Below, in pieces: positions 39,826 to 48,758 of a DNA stretch of 64,000 nt; position 1 is the stretch's first letter, and every line of letters begins with the position of its first letter. Made by a program: the position numbers and the translations under genes. A model generated the notes under the pieces. The model saw only the letters and a list, made by a program, of their open reading frames with translations, was not told where the DNA came from and ran no database searches. Where the stretch lies: assembly GCA_963665325.3 (NCBI GenBank), contig OZ224045.1, positions 1,088,001-1,152,000 of the forward strand, written 5' to 3'. The stretch comes from Alphaproteobacteria bacterium (GTDB taxonomy: Bacteria > Pseudomonadota > Alphaproteobacteria > Bin95).

Positions 39826-41180
39826 TAGGGGAACAAGCTTCCATACCAGGGAGATGCACAATTAGCAGGCAACACGGCAAGACGGGCATAGGCCGAGAGT
39901 CCGAAGATATTGCCGCCTTCGACATGGATGACCTTCTGGGGCAGATGTCCGTTCTCGCGGACCAAGCAGGCGATTGGCGAGAGCACATCCCCTACGCCGC
40001 TGCGGTGGGATTCCTCGAGGACGAAGGGTACCAACAGCGGCACGGCGCCCATGTCAATAACTGTCAATATTGTCAACAGCTTATCGATGCGTTGCGTCCC
40101 AGCGAAGACATGGTGGCCAAGCTGCTTTCCAGAGTGCCAGAATTCTCACTTGGCTCCGAGGTCCAGATTGACGTTGCCGACGCCGTAACGGAAGCGCGCC
40201 GGAACCTCGACTCGTTACGAGATATCGTTCTTGCTCAATCGCATAGCGATCATCCCGGCGCACTCAGGGCTTGGGCAAGCGCGCAACAATACCTTGTACA
40301 CGCGAGCCAATCGTTTGGCAGTCCATATGGCGAAGCGCTAATGCCGTGGACAGCGACCGTAGCACTGTCGTTGGGCACACAGCCTCACGTGACTTCGGTA
40401 GAGAGAGGATGGGACCAGTTCGGGGAAGTCATAGAAGATGCAGTATCGCTTCTGCTTGCATCTGGTCTTCGAGTGGCAGTAGCAGGCGATCCGCAATCTG
40501 GAGGTATTTCTAAAAGGATTTGCAATCTAGCTCACCAGTTTGGACGTCGACGAGTCTCCACCCGACCAAAGAAATATCCTGTAAACATGAACGAATTGAC
40601 ATTCGGCATCACAGAATATTGTGCTTGGCCAGTACATATCAGTATGCCGTTGGTAGAAGTTGGTACATACGAGGCCAGTTTCGGCAAGTTTGGCATGATC
40701 CAATGGCTTACGCTTCACGGTGAATCACGTCCATATTCCGATTTCGAGAAAATGGCCCGCCATCAACCTGCTGCCGAAGAATGGAAGGAAGGGCTAACTG
40801 CACTGAGAAACACCATGATGCATGATAGCCTCGGCCAAATTACAATCGGAGGCAGCACAAACGTCAGCTGCGATGAAATGCCGCCGTTAGCACAGGACGC
40901 ATTGGTTTCTCTACGTAGCCAACACCCGCTATATGTTCTCGGAGGTTTTGGTGGCTGTGCGCAGGAAGTGGCCGCCGCCTTGCATTTGACAGAAAAACAG
41001 CCAACAGATAATTCTAATCGGCGTGGATTTGACGAATTTAGCCGCTACACCGGTGCCAAACATCTTCACAACGGACTTGATGCTTTGGAAAATCAAACGT
41101 TGGCAGAGACGACAAGCGTGGAAGAAGCGGTGCAACTAGTTGGCTTGGGAATGAGACGTGTTATTTCCCAGTTGGAATAA
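39822..41180 (+). CDS. Putative zinc-binding anti-sigma factor fused to a SLOG (cluster-2-like) domain
   Basis: H-x21-HVNNCQYC zinc motif (39984-40073); from about 40350: VALSL, LLASG.RVAVAGD..SGG, YCAWPVH, W.EGLTALR, I.IGG, P.YVLGGFGGCA, HNGL...EN.TLA.T; GTGA overlap with the sigma stop. Confidence 0.75.
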   Translation: MIGEQASIPGRCTISRQHGKTGIGRESEDIAAFDMDDLLGQMSVLADQAGDWREHIPYAAAVGFLEDEGYQQRHGAHVNNCQYCQQLIDALRPSEDMVAKLLSRVPEFSLGSEVQIDVADAVTEARRNLDSLRDIVLAQSHSDHPGALRAWASAQQYLVHASQSFGSPYGEALMPWTATVALSLGTQPHVTSVERGWDQFGEVIEDAVSLLLASGLRVAVAGDPQSGGISKRICNLAHQFGRRRVSTRPKKYPVNMNELTFGITEYCAWPVHISMPLVEVGTYEASFGKFGMIQWLTLHGESRPYSDFEKMARHQPAAEEWKEGLTALRNTMMHDSLGQITIGGSTNVSCDEMPPLAQDALVSLRSQHPLYVLGGFGGCAQEVAAALHLTEKQPTDNSNRRGFDEFSRYTGAKHLHNGLDALENQTLAETTSVEEAVQLVGLGMRRVISQLE

Positions 41181-41599
41181 CGATCTTGAGCGCTTTGCCA
41201 CACTGATGGTCTACTAATGAGGTTTCAGCCGCAAAGTATAGCGTTCCGCTTCCACTTCAGAAGCGGTCGTGATAGAAAACGCTGACTCCTTTCTGAACAA
41301 TGTGCGACAGCCGTTGCAGCTTAGACTGGAGTAGATCTGATCCACGTTCAGCAATCAATGCAGTCCCTTGAGCGATGGTCAGCCCTGCAGTCCATCAACT
41401 TCCAGGTGTGGCTAGACTGTAAGCGGGGCGACCGGGGCACCTTCCAGAAGGGTTTCGGATTTGAGATTCACGTCTGCGATTTGGGCAGGTGTTAACGGCG
41501 GCGGAATAATGCTCCACAGGAAGCGCCCGGTTGGTCGGGTCGCGGCGGCGCAAAATTGCGCCAGTGATGCCCCCTTGTCCGTTTGGTCGGGGGCGGGGG

Positions 41600-43102
41600 A
41601 TGTATGGGGTGGAGCTTTACGCAGCGGTACGACTTGCGGTTGTCGAGGAGGGTCTGAGCCATCATGAGGCCGGTCGGCGGTTCGGGATCGACCGTCGCAC
41701 GGTGAAGAAGATGCTGAGCTATTCGGCGCCTCCGGGCTATCGGCGCCGGAAGCCGGTGCGTCGTCCGAAGCTGGACGGGTTCACCGGGATCGTCGATGCG
41801 ATCCTGGAGGCGGACCGGGCGCCGGACGTGCCGGTCAAGCAGCGGCACACGGCGCACCGGATTTTCGAACGGCTGCGTGACGAGCACGGGTTCACGGGTG
41901 GCTACACCATCGTGAAGGACTATGTGCGCTCGCGGCGGCAGTCGACGCGCGAGGCCTTCGTGCCGCTGCATCATCCGCCGGGCCATGCGCAGGTCGACTT
42001 CGGCGAGGCGGTGGTCGAGGTCGGGGGCCGGCGCGAGAAGGTGGCTGTCTTCTGCCTGATCCTGCCGCATAGCGACCTGTGGTTCGTGAAGGCCTATCCG
42101 AAGGAGACGACGGAGGCGTTCCTGGACGGCCATGTCAGCGCCTTCGCCTTCCTCGGCGGGGTTCCGCTTTCGGTGCTTTACGACAACACGACCCTGGCAG
42201 TGGCGCGGATCCTGGGCGACGGCACGCGTCAGCGCACGCGGGCGTTCACGCCTCTGCAGTCGCACTACCTGTTCCGCGACCGCTTCGGTCGTCCCGGCAA
42301 GGGCAACGACAAGGGCAAGGTGGAGGCGCTGGTGAAGACGGCGCGGCGCAAGTTCATGGTGCCGATCCCAAAGGTGCCTGATCTGGATGTTCTGAACGAG
42401 CGGCTTCTGGCGCGCTGCCTGGAGCGGCTCGACGCGCTGCAGCAGAGCGCGCAGGCGGCGGCGTTGCTCGCCGATCTCGACACCCTGCGCGATCTTCCGG
42501 GCGCGCCCTTCGAGGCGTGCGAGCATGTGCCGGGCCGCGTGTCCTCGACGGCGCTGGTGCGCTACCGGTCGGTGGACTACTCGGCCCCGGCGATGCACGC
42601 CCACAAGAAGGTGACGATCAAGGGCTATGTCGACCGGGTCGAGATCGCGCTCGGCGCCGGGATCGTCGCCCGCCACCGGCGTTCCTATGTCCGCGGCGAC
42701 GTCGTTTACGACCCGCTGCACTATCTCTCGCTGCTGGAGAAGAAGCCGGGGGCGCTGGACCAGGCGGCGCCGTTGCGGGGCTGGAAGCTCGATCCAGCCT
42801 TCGACGCGCTGCGCCGCCTGCTCGAGGCGCGCTTCGGGCCGCGCGGCAAGCGGGACTACATCCAGACCCTGCGCCTGCTGGAGGACTTTCCGGAGCGCCA
42901 GGTGACGGCCGCGGTGCGGGACGCGGTGGCGCGCCGGCTGGTCGGCTTCGATGCAGTCAAGCACCTGCTGCTGGCGCGCATCGAGAAGCGCCCGGCCCAT
43001 CTCGACCTGACGCGCTACCCGCACCTGCCGCAGCCCCTCGTCGCCGCCACCCGGGCCGGCGACTATGCCTCCCTGCTGGCCGGAGGGGGCAGTCGTGGCT
43101 GA
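41600..43102 (+). CDS. istA: IS21 transposase IstA
   Basis: KQRHTAHRIFERL, PGHAQVDFGEA, LYDNT, DKGKVE, KKPGALDQAAPL. Confidence 0.93.
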   Translation: MYGVELYAAVRLAVVEEGLSHHEAGRRFGIDRRTVKKMLSYSAPPGYRRRKPVRRPKLDGFTGIVDAILEADRAPDVPVKQRHTAHRIFERLRDEHGFTGGYTIVKDYVRSRRQSTREAFVPLHHPPGHAQVDFGEAVVEVGGRREKVAVFCLILPHSDLWFVKAYPKETTEAFLDGHVSAFAFLGGVPLSVLYDNTTLAVARILGDGTRQRTRAFTPLQSHYLFRDRFGRPGKGNDKGKVEALVKTARRKFMVPIPKVPDLDVLNERLLARCLERLDALQQSAQAAALLADLDTLRDLPGAPFEACEHVPGRVSSTALVRYRSVDYSAPAMHAHKKVTIKGYVDRVEIALGAGIVARHRRSYVRGDVVYDPLHYLSLLEKKPGALDQAAPLRGWKLDPAFDALRRLLEARFGPRGKRDYIQTLRLLEDFPERQVTAAVRDAVARRLVGFDAVKHLLLARIEKRPAHLDLTRYPHLPQPLVAATRAGDYASLLAGGGSRG

Positions 43103-43859
43103 GGCGCCCCGCATCCTGCTCGAACACCACCTGAAGAAGCTCAAGCTGCCGACCGTCCTGCGGGAATACGAGAAGCTGGCCCGCCAGTGCGCGGCCGAGG
43201 GGCTGGATCATGTGCAGTTCCTCGCCCGGCTGGTGGAGATGGAGACGATCGACCGCGAGCGCCGCCTGGTCGAGCGCCGCATCCGGCAGGCCCGGTTCCC
43301 GGTCGTCAAGCAGCTCGAGAGCTTCGACTTCAAGGCCATCCCCAGCCTGAACAAGATGCTGGTGCTCGACCTCGCGCGCGGCGACTACATCGAGCGGCGC
43401 GAGAACGCGATCCTGCTCGGCCCGAGCGGTGTGGGGAAGACGCACATCGCTCTGGCCCTCGGCCTCGCCGCCTGCCAGAAGGGCCTCGCCGTGCGCTTCA
43501 CCACCGCCTCCCAGCTCGTCCACGAGATGATCGAGGCGCGCGACGAGAAGAGGCTGCTCCGCCTCCAGGACCAGCTCGCCAGGGCCAGCCTGCTGATCGT
43601 CGACGAACTCGGCTACGTGCCCCTCTCGCAGAGCGGAAGCGAGCTGCTGTTCGACGTCTTCAGCCGCCGCTACGAAAACGGCGCCACCATCGTCACCTCG
43701 AACCTGCCCTTCCAGGAATGGACCTCGGTCTTCGCCAGCGAACGCCTCACCGGCGCGCTGCTCGACCGCATCACCCACCATGTCCACATCCTGGAGATGA
43801 ACGGCGAAAGCTACAGGCTCAAGCAAAGCCGGTCGCGACGACGGCCCCCCTCCGAATAA
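43095..43859 (+). CDS. istB: IS21 helper ATPase IstB
   Basis: GPSGVGKTHIA, IVDELGYVP, ALLDRITHH, GESYRL. Confidence 0.95.
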   Translation: MAEAPRILLEHHLKKLKLPTVLREYEKLARQCAAEGLDHVQFLARLVEMETIDRERRLVERRIRQARFPVVKQLESFDFKAIPSLNKMLVLDLARGDYIERRENAILLGPSGVGKTHIALALGLAACQKGLAVRFTTASQLVHEMIEARDEKRLLRLQDQLARASLLIVDELGYVPLSQSGSELLFDVFSRRYENGATIVTSNLPFQEWTSVFASERLTGALLDRITHHVHILEMNGESYRLKQSRSRRRPPSE

Positions 43860-44035
43860 ACCGCTTGCCCCCATAGCCCACAGGTCCCTCCCACGCGCGG
43901 GCCGACGCCAGCCACGTGGAGGGCGCGCCGCCCCGCGCGCGGGGCCCTCCCATGGACTATGGGGACAAGCTACCGCCGAGACCCTGGTGCAATTTTACGC
44001 CGCCCCGCCGGTACATTTTTGCTCCGCCGTTGACA

Positions 44036-44834
44036 GGATAAAGCGCGAGGCGGCATCGACGCTGCAGCAGGACGTCATCTCGACCGTGCGGCGCTGGACC
44101 CGGCTCGGCCAGTTGACCATGAGCGACTGCGAGTCGATGGCGATGCCCATCTGCGTCGGGAGACGGCGTGCGCCGGTCAGGAAGGCCCGCGTGACGGCGC
44201 CGTTCATCTCCCGGCAGCGACGATGGATGAAATCGAGGATCTTGTAGTAGTCCTTGCAGCTGTTGAGCCCCGCGCCTTTCACCGTGCGGCGCATGGGCGA
44301 CTTGTTGGCGATGCGCGAGAACACGTCGGCGGCGAGCGACTGGTTCCTGGCGTGGATCCTGGGCGCCTTGCGCGAGACGGTCACGCGGCGCAGGCAGGCC
44401 TTGCACTGGTAGATCGGGTTTCCGCGGTTCTTGTAATAGCCATACCTCGTATAGTGCTGACGATGCTCGCCGACGGAACGCCCCTCATTGGGACAACCCG
44501 GGGTCTTGCAGGCGAAGCGGTATTCCAGCGGGCGGGCATAGTCCGCAATGCGCTCGATCTCCTCGGCGATGGCAGCGTTCGAACGGATGGCGCCCTTGCC
44601 CTTGCAGGCCTTGCACTCGATGGCGGGCTCCTGGCCCTTGGCGGTCGAGGTCAGCTTGTAGCGGAGATCGCGGTCCCTGCTCGGCCCGGTCTTGCCGCGC
44701 TTCGTGCGGGCCGGCACGCCGAAATTGGCGCAGCCCGGTGTGCGGCAGTGATTGGTCTGTATCGGGAACATATCGCCGAGAATCCTGGCATTGGCGGTCT
44801 CGGGGACCCGGAGCGTGCGGGGTGTCAAAGCCAT
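44036..44834 (-). pseudogene. Zinc-ribbon, IS1-like putative transposase truncated by IS21 #2
   Basis: QTNHCRTPGCANFGVP, CKAC, SNAAIAEE, CKTPGC.N, YQCKAC, HTH-like segment, then IAIDSQ..VNW (first catalytic Asp-like); frame runs into the IS21 right end. Confidence 0.65.
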
Positions 44835-44860
44835 GGCTCTTCCTCCTCGAAGAGCTTCCC

Positions 44861-44920
44861 ATTATAACGCCGGAGGGGCGTCATGTAAAGTCCTCTTTCT
44901 GATATTATTACATAATATCA
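44861..44920 (-). promoter_or_regulatory. Sigma70-like promoter and adjacent palindromic operator for the IS1-like gene
   Basis: Minus strand TTTACA (44889-44884), 17 bp, TATAAT (44866-44861); palindrome TGATATTAT-TAC-ATAATATCA at 44900-44920; RBS GAGGAGG. Confidence 0.6.
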
Positions 44921-45527
44921 ACATGATATATGACATTGAATCCACAATGGAACCGAAGGCAAGGGGCACTCCGAAGGCCCGATGCCGACCGCACCTTCTC
45001 CAGCTGTGTCATCGGTGAATTGGGCATGAATATACTAGGAATATACATCTATGACTAGGCTAATCCGCTTGCCGGTTGACGAAACCCGGCAATGCACCCC
45101 CATCTGCCTGGAGCGGGATTTGTTGAAGGTCTTCTGGAACGGAAGCCAAGGCGTGGGGCGGCCCGGTATGGGCCAAGGGACGAGTACGGCCCGGGCCTTC
45201 CTGGACGAACGGAGCATGTCGAGGGTGCCTTTGTCCGTCATCATTCCCGGCCCGGAACGGGCCTTGAGCTGCGCGACGGTCCCAACGGCACGCGCGCGAC
45301 TAGTGACCCTGCCATACACGATCGACGGGCGCCGGGGGTCCGGTCCGGCTGTCGGAGGCCCTCGCGCTCCGGCCGGCCGATACGGACCTAGCCGCGGCCG
45401 CCATCCGAATCCGCACCCGCCCGGACGCTTGACCTGCGCGAGTTGGTGTAGATTATGCGCCCCTATGGCGTAGCGTCGAGCCACCGCTTGCTGGTGGTGA
45501 ATCGTCCGAGCGCCCGGGAGGAACGAC

Positions 45528-46280
45528 ATGCCCCAAGACTTGCTGACCAGGTGGCAGGTCCAGCATTTACGGTTCTCTGTGTTCTTGACGAATCCAGCTC
45601 AGCCAAGTCCGATTGACTCGTGGGTGGATGTCGTAGGCCAGGATGCCGACAACACACACATCAAGGGCACGGGCGATCAGCGCGTCGTCACGCAACAAGG
45701 CCCATTCCGTGATACGATGATGCGTGCAGATGTCCGGAGGGACCGAGTCGACTGGTTTCTTCTGCCGTCTCCTCCGGCAACACCGGACTCTAGCCTCACC
45801 GCAGGGCCCTATGATGGCCTCACCGTCCCGTTCAGCACGTGTATGCGGACATGGCTTGATGTAGCCGGTATCGTCGCAAACAGGATGGCATTCGGAGCCC
45901 AGCTCAGCCTTACGCCGGGAGATCGATCTGCGGCCCTCGCGGTTCTCGCTGAATTGGTTACCACGGTGCAGATAGACGTTCAGAACACTTGGGACTTTGA
46001 GTACGCCGTAAATAGGCGGAGAACGTCTAACACCATCGCTGATCTAATGATTAATCGGGTGGCCAAATGGACTTTGATCAGGCAGATCCTTAATGAAGTC
46101 GACTTGTCGTTAAATGGTAATCCGCCACGGATAGTTACCTCAACCGTATATCTTCCAGTTCTTACGCTGGACGTAAATACAATTCCGGAACATTCCGGAC
46201 CGCTAGATCAGCTTGAGGAACTCTTGGAAGAGCTTGCACGTCTTGGAACGGAAATCGCGCTGGAGGGAGATGTGCCATGA
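45528..46280 (+). CDS. Hypothetical protein, TIGR04255-like
   Basis: RBS GGAGGA; LRFSVF, RVDW, RMAFGAQL, INRVAKW, LDVNT pattern. Confidence 0.55.
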   Translation: MPQDLLTRWQVQHLRFSVFLTNPAQPSPIDSWVDVVGQDADNTHIKGTGDQRVVTQQGPFRDTMMRADVRRDRVDWFLLPSPPATPDSSLTAGPYDGLTVPFSTCMRTWLDVAGIVANRMAFGAQLSLTPGDRSAALAVLAELVTTVQIDVQNTWDFEYAVNRRRTSNTIADLMINRVAKWTLIRQILNEVDLSLNGNPPRIVTSTVYLPVLTLDVNTIPEHSGPLDQLEELLEELARLGTEIALEGDVP

Positions 46281-46921
46281 CTTTGGAGGACATTAAGGGG
46301 TTTACGAATAATAACAACACCACTCTACCTCCCCCGCAGGGTGGAGAAACGACGGTGTTTGAGAAACACACATCCGCCATGGGTAACCGAAGGGTCCTTT
46401 TCCCTCTGTTACTGCTTGGTATTATGGATACGAGCGTTGCTGATGCACTACCTCGGGGAGACTTTTCCTACAACTCTACTTCGGAGACGGGTCAGGTTGT
46501 GCCGTACGTTGCACGTCCGGCTGGCGACACCAGTCTCGCCAGTGTCACGCAACCAGTCGATCCTGCAACAAATGACCGCGTGGCGTATATGAATCGGATT
46601 GATCAACTTCGTTCGTTTGCCGAAGAAGACGGGATAGAGTTCAGCACAGTATCTGAGCACGACTTTCTCGATTTCGCCTGCACTGAGCCACGGACTAAGC
46701 GGGCGAGTCTCGTCCTGTTGGATAACGGGAACCTTCGAGCGGTATGGAGGATGGGTGAGCAGGAATTAGGTGTGCAGTTCTATGGCGATGGTGCGGTCCA
46801 ATACCTGATCTCGCAGAAAGGTGACGACGGCAGGATCACGCATACTGCGCAAAGAGGTATCTTCGATGATTTCTTGGACGCAACCGAAGCTGTGGGTCTC
46901 GGTCACCTGCTCTACGAATGA
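46277..46921 (+). CDS. Hypothetical protein (putative antitoxin-like; low-complexity N-terminus)
   Basis: ATGA overlap; C-terminal L.DNGNLRAVW...ELGVQFYGDG.VQY domain. Confidence 0.6.
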   Translation: MTLEDIKGFTNNNNTTLPPPQGGETTVFEKHTSAMGNRRVLFPLLLLGIMDTSVADALPRGDFSYNSTSETGQVVPYVARPAGDTSLASVTQPVDPATNDRVAYMNRIDQLRSFAEEDGIEFSTVSEHDFLDFACTEPRTKRASLVLLDNGNLRAVWRMGEQELGVQFYGDGAVQYLISQKGDDGRITHTAQRGIFDDFLDATEAVGLGHLLYE

Positions 46922-47367
46922 AGAAACGCAAAATTCTAGCGGATCAACGAGTTGTTCGGTATGTCAGGCCGAGACTGGTGCATTCCACGGGACGAATCGA
47001 CCCAGAAGCATTCGTGCTTCGGGTCTTTGAGGACAAGATTTGCGAAATTGGACTCTCTATCAACTGGCTTGACGTTTTCTCAGGCGATACCCAGAACCAA
47101 CTTCAGCACGTTACGACCCATATCCATTTTAAAGTAACAAGCAACGGTCGGTTTGCCGAGTTTACGGTGGAGGATTTGAAGATGCTCCTCGCGGAGGAGG
47201 GTGTAGAGGCTGCCGTCTGCCACGACCCCTTGGATGCGGATGAAAAATACCTCTGCGACCCGTCGCATGCAGAGCTTTACGGGTTGCCATCGCCGCTGAC
47301 CGACCGAGCTACGGAAGTCGGCGCTGTGCTTGCCCGTGCAGCGACACTTCATTCTCCTCCGAATTAG
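46918..47367 (+). CDS. Hypothetical protein with ART/RES-like R..S..H motif spacing (putative toxin)
   Basis: ATGA overlap; VVRYVRP, AFVLR, GLSINW, HDP, DPSHAEL. Confidence 0.55.
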   Translation: MKKRKILADQRVVRYVRPRLVHSTGRIDPEAFVLRVFEDKICEIGLSINWLDVFSGDTQNQLQHVTTHIHFKVTSNGRFAEFTVEDLKMLLAEEGVEAAVCHDPLDADEKYLCDPSHAELYGLPSPLTDRATEVGAVLARAATLHSPPN

Positions 47368-47488
47368 CAGCGTCTTCTAGAACCACAGGCATAGCGATGA
47401 CATGGAGGCCCGCGCGGAGGTCTAAAGGCGCCTGGCGGCGTTTTGAAGGCTGAAATTCGTCCGTTAGTTGCGATTCAGGGGTCGGAAG

Positions 47489-47568
47489 TGTCAACGGGGA
47501 GCGGAAATGTACCGGCGACCGGGACAAACGGGCGCTTCCTGTGGAGCATTATTCCGGCGCCGTTAATA
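47489..47568 (-). mobile_element. 80-bp internally deleted IS21 derivative (left end fused to right end)
   Basis: Revcomp TATTAACGGCGCCGGAATAATGCTCCACAGGAAGCGCCCG... matches the IS21 #2 left end and runs directly into CCGGTACATTTCCGCTCCCCGTTGACA, matching its right end. Confidence 0.8.
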
Positions 47569-47765
47569 CTGGCGACTGTACCCGTTGCAGCATAGGCAAA
47601 AATTTGCCATTTCGCGATAATTTTCGACTACCGGACAGAAACAAACGAAGGCTGACTCTTGGATACAGGACATGGATACCGGTGACGGCGAGAAGTTCCA
47701 AAGGTCGATAGCAAAGCGGAAATTCATGGAGACGCTGTGCACGACCGGCAAAGGAAACACCATAG

Positions 47766-48644
47766 ATGACGAGTGAACTCACCGGCGGGACGATCAAGAT
47801 TGTTGGCTGGAACATCGGCAAAAGGGCTAACCCTTGGCGCGAACTTGTAGCGATGGCGGAACGTGGAGAAGCGGATGTTGCGCTGTTGCAGGAGGCTGCG
47901 AGCCCCCCGGGCGATTTGAGGTATCCGATCCACTACGAGGACGATGTCCATTGGGACCGATCCTATTTCGATCGCTGGCCTCTTGTCGTGCGATTGTCGG
48001 ACCGGGTTGAGGTCGAATGGTTTCTGCAGGTGCCACCGTGGAGCGAACTGGGCGAGCAGGAAATCGGCGCGAGCGGTATCGGGACCATGGCATGCGCCAG
48101 AATAGTCCCCGTCGACAGGCCGAAAGAAGCATTCGTCGCTGTCTCGATGTATGCACGGTGGATGACGGCTCATCCGTCATTCGGAAAAAGGCCGAGGATT
48201 TTTGCCGATCCCTCAGCCCACCGTATCCTTTCCGACCTGTCGGCCTTCATCGACCGCACCAAAGGCCCGTCTCGACATCGCATTCTGGCAGCCGGCGACC
48301 TGAACATGTTCTATGGAGCGACAGGTTCCTCCCTCTCGAAGCCTGGGCGCGAGCGGACGGTTTGGGACCGGTTTGCGGCGCTGGGACTCGAATTCATAGG
48401 TCCGCAAGTCCCGAACGGCCGTCCGTCGAAAACGCCTCAGCCCGACGTGCCGGCTGATACGAAGAATGTCCCGACATACTATACCGGGGCGCAGAAAGTA
48501 GCCTCGAAAGCCAATCGCCAGCTCGATTACGCTTTCGCCTCGCGCGGGTTCCACGAAACAGTGACCGTACGGGCTCTCAACGGCATCGACGAGTGGGGAC
48601 CGAGCGATCATTGCCGGCTACTGATCGAAATCAGACGCCACTGA
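47766..48644 (+). CDS. Endonuclease/exonuclease/phosphatase (EEP) family protein
   Basis: IVGWNI, DVALLQEA, AAGDLN, PTY, QLDYAF, GPSDHC. Confidence 0.85.
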   Translation: MTSELTGGTIKIVGWNIGKRANPWRELVAMAERGEADVALLQEAASPPGDLRYPIHYEDDVHWDRSYFDRWPLVVRLSDRVEVEWFLQVPPWSELGEQEIGASGIGTMACARIVPVDRPKEAFVAVSMYARWMTAHPSFGKRPRIFADPSAHRILSDLSAFIDRTKGPSRHRILAAGDLNMFYGATGSSLSKPGRERTVWDRFAALGLEFIGPQVPNGRPSKTPQPDVPADTKNVPTYYTGAQKVASKANRQLDYAFASRGFHETVTVRALNGIDEWGPSDHCRLLIEIRRH

Positions 48645-48758
48645 GCCTATACGGTGCAACCCGATTTGGCACGTACGGGCCTGATTGGGGTCGAAGCAGG
48701 CCGCGGAGCAATTTCTATGGCGCCAGAATCGTTTTGATCGGGCGGAGGAGGATTTTTC

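Larger units (their letters stand above)
41490..44035 (+). mobile_element. IS21-family element #2
   Basis: TGTTAACGGCGG... / ...CCGCCGTTGACA termini with internal GGCGGCG.AAAATTGC repeats; istA/istB; no target duplication. Confidence 0.9.

Noticed and set aside
45035-45529. ORFs upstream of the three-gene module
   Set aside because: Low-complexity Pro/Arg/Gly translations on both strands, without RBS or motifs.
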